Positions 59,395-64,000 of a stretch of 64,000 nucleotides of DNA are shown here, piece after piece (position 1 is the first letter of the stretch; every line of letters begins with the position of its first letter). The stretch is from Syntrophales bacterium. GTDB lineage: Bacteria > Desulfobacterota > Syntrophia > Syntrophales > UBA2210. Location of the stretch: positions 1,504,001 through 1,568,000 of the forward strand of contig CAXXKT010000001.1 of the NCBI GenBank assembly GCA_963662405.2, read 5' to 3'. Under the pieces are notes generated by a model. The model was given only the letters and a program-made list of their open reading frames with translations. It ran no database searches and was not told where the DNA came from. Both the position numbers and the translations under genes were made by a program.

Positions 59395-59910
59395 TCAGAA
59401 CCCCGACATGATGTTTCGGTAAGCCTTGTCCGCCATGTCGACCGACAGCTTCCGGAGTGCATTTATCTTGTTGGTGTCGGTTACGGAGGTGTTCGCGTCT
59501 ATCGTGTAGGCCTCTCGGTCCGAGAGGCCGCTGTTTGCCCAGATAACCTCCTTGTTGCCGGTTTTCCTGAATACGATTTCCAGCGTCATGGTCACGCGAT
59601 CTTCCCTGGCAAGGTCGCTGCTGCTGTAGGCAAGATGTGAGGTGGTAATACTCACGATTTTCCCCGTCAGAAGCGCATCCGCCTCGCCTAAACGCGCGAC
59701 GGGTGTGAACCGACTGCTCTTCCTGAAGCGGTTGAAAAATGCGTTTCTCACATAGTTCCCAATATTCGCTTCACTTGTCCTGTTGGCGAATTCGCCGATA
59801 AAGACCGTTTGGACCCCGGTATCGATATGATCGCCTCCGGGGGCAAAGTGATACCCGCATCCCAAACAGAGAAGCGCCAGTATAACCGGTAGAACCCGTT
59901 TCACCTTCAT
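59395..59910 (-). CDS. lptE: LPS assembly lipoprotein LptE-like
   Basis: LGCGYH lipobox; downstream of leuS. Confidence 0.75.
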   Translation of the reverse strand: MKVKRVLPVILALLCLGCGYHFAPGGDHIDTGVQTVFIGEFANRTSEANIGNYVRNAFFNRFRKSSRFTPVARLGEADALLTGKIVSITTSHLAYSSSDLAREDRVTMTLEIVFRKTGNKEVIWANSGLSDREAYTIDANTSVTDTNKINALRKLSVDMADKAYRNIMSGF

Positions 59911-59979
59911 GGACACCCTCGCGTTCGCCGGGACCCCGAACTATGGTGATCCCTTCGCGACTTCCAAAAATTCCGATCG

Positions 59980-62562
59980 CTATTTAATGACGATATTCAC
60001 CAGTTTTTTCGGCACATAGATCTCCTTGATCACCTGTTTGTCACCGATAAACTGTTTGATCTTCCCGTCGTTCAGGGCCAGTTCCTTGATCGTGTCGTCC
60101 GATTCGGATGCAGAGACCTGGAGGCGGCTCCGCACCTTGCCGTTGACCTGTACGACGATGGTGATCTCTTCCTCGGCGGCGACCTGCTGATCGAACGAGG
60201 GCCACGGGGTTTCGGAGAGCCGCTGCGCACCGCCGATTGTTTCCCACAACTCTTCCGTTATGTGCGGCACGATCGGTGAGAGGATGATGATGATATCTTC
60301 AACCGTCTCACGGATCACGGAGAAGGCCTTCGTATCCCCCGCCTCCGGACGCCGTGTCTGGTAGAGGGTATTGACCAGTTCCATTACCGCGCTGATCGCC
60401 GTGTTGAAGTGGAAACGATCCTCAATGTCGGTTGTCACCTTCTTGATGGTCTGGTGTGTTTTTTTCCGCAGGATCTTGAGATCGCCGTCGAGTTCCTCGC
60501 CGCCGTCAAAAGGCGCCAGCCTTTTGATATCATCGAGATAATCAATGATAATGCGCCACACCCGGCTGAGAAAACGGAAGGACCCGTCCACTCCCTGGTC
60601 ACTCCACTCCAGGTCACGTTCAGGAGGTGAGGCGAAGAGGCAGAACATCCGGGCCGTATCCGCACCGTACTCTTCGATGATATAGTTGGGATCGACCACG
60701 TTCTTCAAGGATTTTGACATCTTTTCGGTCTTCCCGATTGTCACCTCGCGGTCGCAGTGTACGCACTTTCCGTCCCTGACTTCTTCGGGGAGGAGGTAGC
60801 CGTGTTCCCGGCACCGCATCGTCTCTTTGCAGACCATCCCCTGGGTCAAGAGGTTGGAGAAGGGTTCGTCGACACCGAGCACACCGAAGTCCCTGAGCAT
60901 TTTCGTATAGAATCGGGCATAGAGGAGGTGCATGATCGCATGCTCGATCCCGCCGATGTACTGATCGACAGGAAGCCAGTAGTCCGTTTGCCCCCGGTCA
61001 AGGCCGGGTTTCTCGTCGTTGTGCGCCGAGCAATACCGGGCGAAGTACCAGGAGGACTCGACAAAGGTGTCCATCGTGTCCGTCTCGCGCCGTGCCGGCC
61101 CTCCGCAGTTGGGGCACGTGACATGCACGAATGAGTCAACCTTCCCGAGGGGAGATTCTCCTTCGCCCGTCAATGCCACATCCTTCGGGAGGACGACGGG
61201 GAGATCCGCTTCCGGCACAGGGACGACCCCACACTTCTCGCAATTGATCATCGGGATAGGTGCCCCCCAGTAGCGCTGCCGCGATATCCCCCAGTCCCGC
61301 AGACGATATTCGATCGTTTTTCTCCCCCTCCCGAGCGACTCCAGATATTCCGCGATATCCTCGAGGGCCTTCAGGTTTTTCATGCCGTCGAATTTCCCGG
61401 AATTGATGAGAATCCCCTCGTCCACATAGGCCTCGGTCATCGTCGCCGCATCCAGCGGTTCGTCGGGATTCTGGATCACCACGATCTTTTCGAGTCCGTA
61501 TTTCTCGGCGAACTCAAAGTCCCGCTGATCGTGGGTGGGAACGGCCATGACGCACCCCGTTCCGTAGTCCGCCAGGACGAAATTCGCCGCGTAGATGGGC
61601 ATCCGTTTGTTCGTCACCGGGTTGAGACAGTAGGCATCCAGAAAGACACCTTCCTTTTCATAATAATCGGAGGTCCGCATCATCCGGTCCTGTTTCTTGA
61701 CACGCTCGACAAAGGCCTTGACGTCACCCTCCACCGGTTTTCCCGCCGCAAGCTGCATCACCAAGGGGTGCTCCGCCGCGATCAGCATGAAGGTGGCCCC
61801 GAAGATCGTGTCCTGCCGAGTGGTAAAGACCTTGATGACATCGCCGGAGTCGGCCATGGGGAAGACAAGCTCGCACCCGTGACTCTTGCCGATCCAGTTT
61901 TTCTGCATGGTGAGGACGCGCTCCGGCCACCCGGGGAGCTTGTCGCAGTAGTCCAGGAGTTCCTCGACGTAGTTGGTGATACGGAAAAACCACTGATCAA
62001 AGTACTGCTCGGTCACCTCGCTGCCGCACCGCCAGCACAGACCCGCCTCGACCTGTTCATTTGCCAGGACGGTCTTGCAGGTGGGACACCAGTTGACGGA
62101 TCCACCCTTCTTGTAGGCAAGGCCCTTTTCGTACATCCAGAGGAAGAAGAGTTGTTCCCACCGGTAGTAGTCCGGTTCACAGGTGGAGATCTCCCGGTCC
62201 CAGTCATAGCTGAACCCCATCCTCTTGAGTTGCACCTTCATGGAGTCGATGTTCTCGTTGGTCCACTTCGCGGGGGGAATCCCATGTTCGATGGCGGCGT
62301 TTTCAGCGGGCATGCCGAAGGAATCCCATCCGATGGGATGCAGGACGTTATACCCGCGCATCTTCATATACCGGGCCACGACATCACCGATGGTATAGTT
62401 TCTCACGTGCCCCATATGGATTCGTCCGGAGGGATAGGGAAACATCTCGAGGAGGTAATATTTTTCCTTCGTGGTGTCTTCAAATACCGTGAAGGTCTTG
62501 TTACGGTCCCAGTAATCCTGCCATTTTTCCTCTATCTTCCGAGGGTTATACTTTCTCTTCAT
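59980..62562 (-). CDS. leuS: Leucine--tRNA ligase
   Basis: [28 protein letters not shown]. Confidence 0.98.
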   Translation of the reverse strand: MKRKYNPRKIEEKWQDYWDRNKTFTVFEDTTKEKYYLLEMFPYPSGRIHMGHVRNYTIGDVVARYMKMRGYNVLHPIGWDSFGMPAENAAIEHGIPPAKWTNENIDSMKVQLKRMGFSYDWDREISTCEPDYYRWEQLFFLWMYEKGLAYKKGGSVNWCPTCKTVLANEQVEAGLCWRCGSEVTEQYFDQWFFRITNYVEELLDYCDKLPGWPERVLTMQKNWIGKSHGCELVFPMADSGDVIKVFTTRQDTIFGATFMLIAAEHPLVMQLAAGKPVEGDVKAFVERVKKQDRMMRTSDYYEKEGVFLDAYCLNPVTNKRMPIYAANFVLADYGTGCVMAVPTHDQRDFEFAEKYGLEKIVVIQNPDEPLDAATMTEAYVDEGILINSGKFDGMKNLKALEDIAEYLESLGRGRKTIEYRLRDWGISRQRYWGAPIPMINCEKCGVVPVPEADLPVVLPKDVALTGEGESPLGKVDSFVHVTCPNCGGPARRETDTMDTFVESSWYFARYCSAHNDEKPGLDRGQTDYWLPVDQYIGGIEHAIMHLLYARFYTKMLRDFGVLGVDEPFSNLLTQGMVCKETMRCREHGYLLPEEVRDGKCVHCDREVTIGKTEKMSKSLKNVVDPNYIIEEYGADTARMFCLFASPPERDLEWSDQGVDGSFRFLSRVWRIIIDYLDDIKRLAPFDGGEELDGDLKILRKKTHQTIKKVTTDIEDRFHFNTAISAVMELVNTLYQTRRPEAGDTKAFSVIRETVEDIIIILSPIVPHITEELWETIGGAQRLSETPWPSFDQQVAAEEEITIVVQVNGKVRSRLQVSASESDDTIKELALNDGKIKQFIGDKQVIKEIYVPKKLVNIVIK

Positions 62563-62721
62563 AACGTACTCCCTTGATCAATGTGGAAGGAATCTCTAAC
62601 ACGTCTCCGGCATTCTTTCAATCCCATTTTTCCAATTATTCACGTCCCTTCACGTCCCTTCCTTGACATATATCGAGGCGATCCCTATATTACCTTGCAA
62701 GACGAAAGCAGTGGGGGCAGT

Positions 62722-63315
62722 GTGGAAGATATCGAAGATATCGTCATACGGTCATTTCGGGAGAGCAGTCGTGTGAAAGAGGTCTTCGTGAATGAAAACC
62801 TCTCCCGGATTGTGAAGGCCGTCGATATAATCACCCAGGCCTTGAACGAAGGGCATAAGATACTCCTTTTCGGGAACGGAGGAAGTGCCGCCGATGCCCA
62901 GCACCTTGCGGCGGAATTCGTCAACCGGTTCCTCATCGAACGTCCCCCCCTCCCGGCCATTGCCTTGAGTACGGATACATCGGTAATCACCAGCATCGCG
63001 AATGATTATGATTTCTCAGAGATCTTTTCAAAGCAGATACGGGCTATCGGGAGCGAAAGGGATATAGCATGGGGGATCAGCACGAGCGGTACTTCTCCCA
63101 ACATGCTGAAGGCATTCAAGATTGCTTCAAAGATAGGAATGATCACCATGGCATTCACGGGAAGGGACGGAGGGAAGATGGCGGGGATGGCGGATATATG
63201 CCTCAATGTTTCATCCAACAGTACCCCCCGTATTCAGGAAGCGCACATCACGGCAGGACACATCATCTGTGAGATGGTGGATTACCGGCTGTTTAAAAAA
63301 CCGGGGAAGGAATAA
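62722..63315 (+). CDS. gmhA: Sedoheptulose-7-phosphate isomerase
   Basis: GNGGSAADAQHLAAE, STSGTS, RIQEAH; start GTG 62722 is inferred. Confidence 0.93.
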   Translation: MEDIEDIVIRSFRESSRVKEVFVNENLSRIVKAVDIITQALNEGHKILLFGNGGSAADAQHLAAEFVNRFLIERPPLPAIALSTDTSVITSIANDYDFSEIFSKQIRAIGSERDIAWGISTSGTSPNMLKAFKIASKIGMITMAFTGRDGGKMAGMADICLNVSSNSTPRIQEAHITAGHIICEMVDYRLFKKPGKE

Positions 63316-63332
63316 AGGATACGTAAAGCATC

Positions 63333-63893
63333 ATGGGAGAAGAGTTGACTGAAGACAAGGGGCGGACGGAAGAGAAGAAGGATGATGCCGAGAAGCGGGA
63401 TACCGTTCATCTCAAATCGGCCTCGAAGAAGGATCTGATCGCACGCCTGGAAGAGGCCCAGCGGGAGGGATCCCAACATTACGACCGCTATCTGCGGGCT
63501 GTCGCCGAACTCGATAATTATAAAAAACGGGCGGCACGGGATCGTCAGGACTTTGTCAAGTACGCAAACGAGAATCTTATCAGGGATATCTTGCCGACGG
63601 TGGACAACATGGACAGGGCCCTCGGGCAGGTGGCTGATGCGGCCGATCTCGAGGCGTTTGTGGACGGACTCAGGATGATTCGAGACACCTTTATCTCTGT
63701 CCTCGGTAAACACGGTGCCACGCAGATCGATGCCGTGGGAAAGATCTTCGATCCCAATTTTCATGAGGCGCTCATGCAGGTGGAGGGAAGCGAGGGACAG
63801 GACAACACGGTCGCGGAAGAATTTGAAACGGGATACCTGCTGAACGGGAGACTGCTGCGGCCATCCAAGGTATCCATCGCAAAACATAAATAA
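63333..63893 (+). CDS. grpE: Nucleotide exchange factor GrpE
   Basis: AELDNYKKR, FDPNFHEA, GYLLNGRLLRP. Confidence 0.96.
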   Translation: MGEELTEDKGRTEEKKDDAEKRDTVHLKSASKKDLIARLEEAQREGSQHYDRYLRAVAELDNYKKRAARDRQDFVKYANENLIRDILPTVDNMDRALGQVADAADLEAFVDGLRMIRDTFISVLGKHGATQIDAVGKIFDPNFHEALMQVEGSEGQDNTVAEEFETGYLLNGRLLRPSKVSIAKHK

Positions 63894-63905
63894 CGAATAT
63901 CTTAA

Positions 63906-64000
<95 letters not shown>

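Overview
Bacterial chromosomal window whose gene content suggests an anaerobic deltaproteobacterium (Syntrophales/Desulfobacterota-like; inference). From left to right it contains: (i) a sigma54-controlled minus-strand catabolic cluster with two glycyl-radical enzymes (one internally deleted), an activase, an acyl-CoA dehydrogenase and a divergent AcoR-like enhancer-binding protein; (ii) an AT-rich patch of small cassette-like genes carrying a complete IS110 element; (iii) duplicated leader + secreted-protein modules and an IPTL-CTERM surface protein; (iv) a flavoenzyme/SodB cluster; (v) a type IV pilus assembly operon; (vi) an HMGS-like-DUF35/thiolase/hbd/acyl-CoA dehydrogenase operon; (vii) a PilZ-protein/HD-GYP pair; (viii) a nine-heme Hao-like fusion; (ix) housekeeping genes (lemA, rpsT, lptE, leuS, gmhA, grpE, start of dnaK). 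The top finding is the IS110 element (about 12894-14280). Its non-coding left end reads as a bridge RNA with two twin guide loops, one matching the element's own circle junction and one matching the reconstructed insertion site. The target guide spells a Shine-Dalgarno plus start codon (AAAGGAG...AAACATG). The element sits in the RBS of a small gene and supplies a replacement RBS from its right end.
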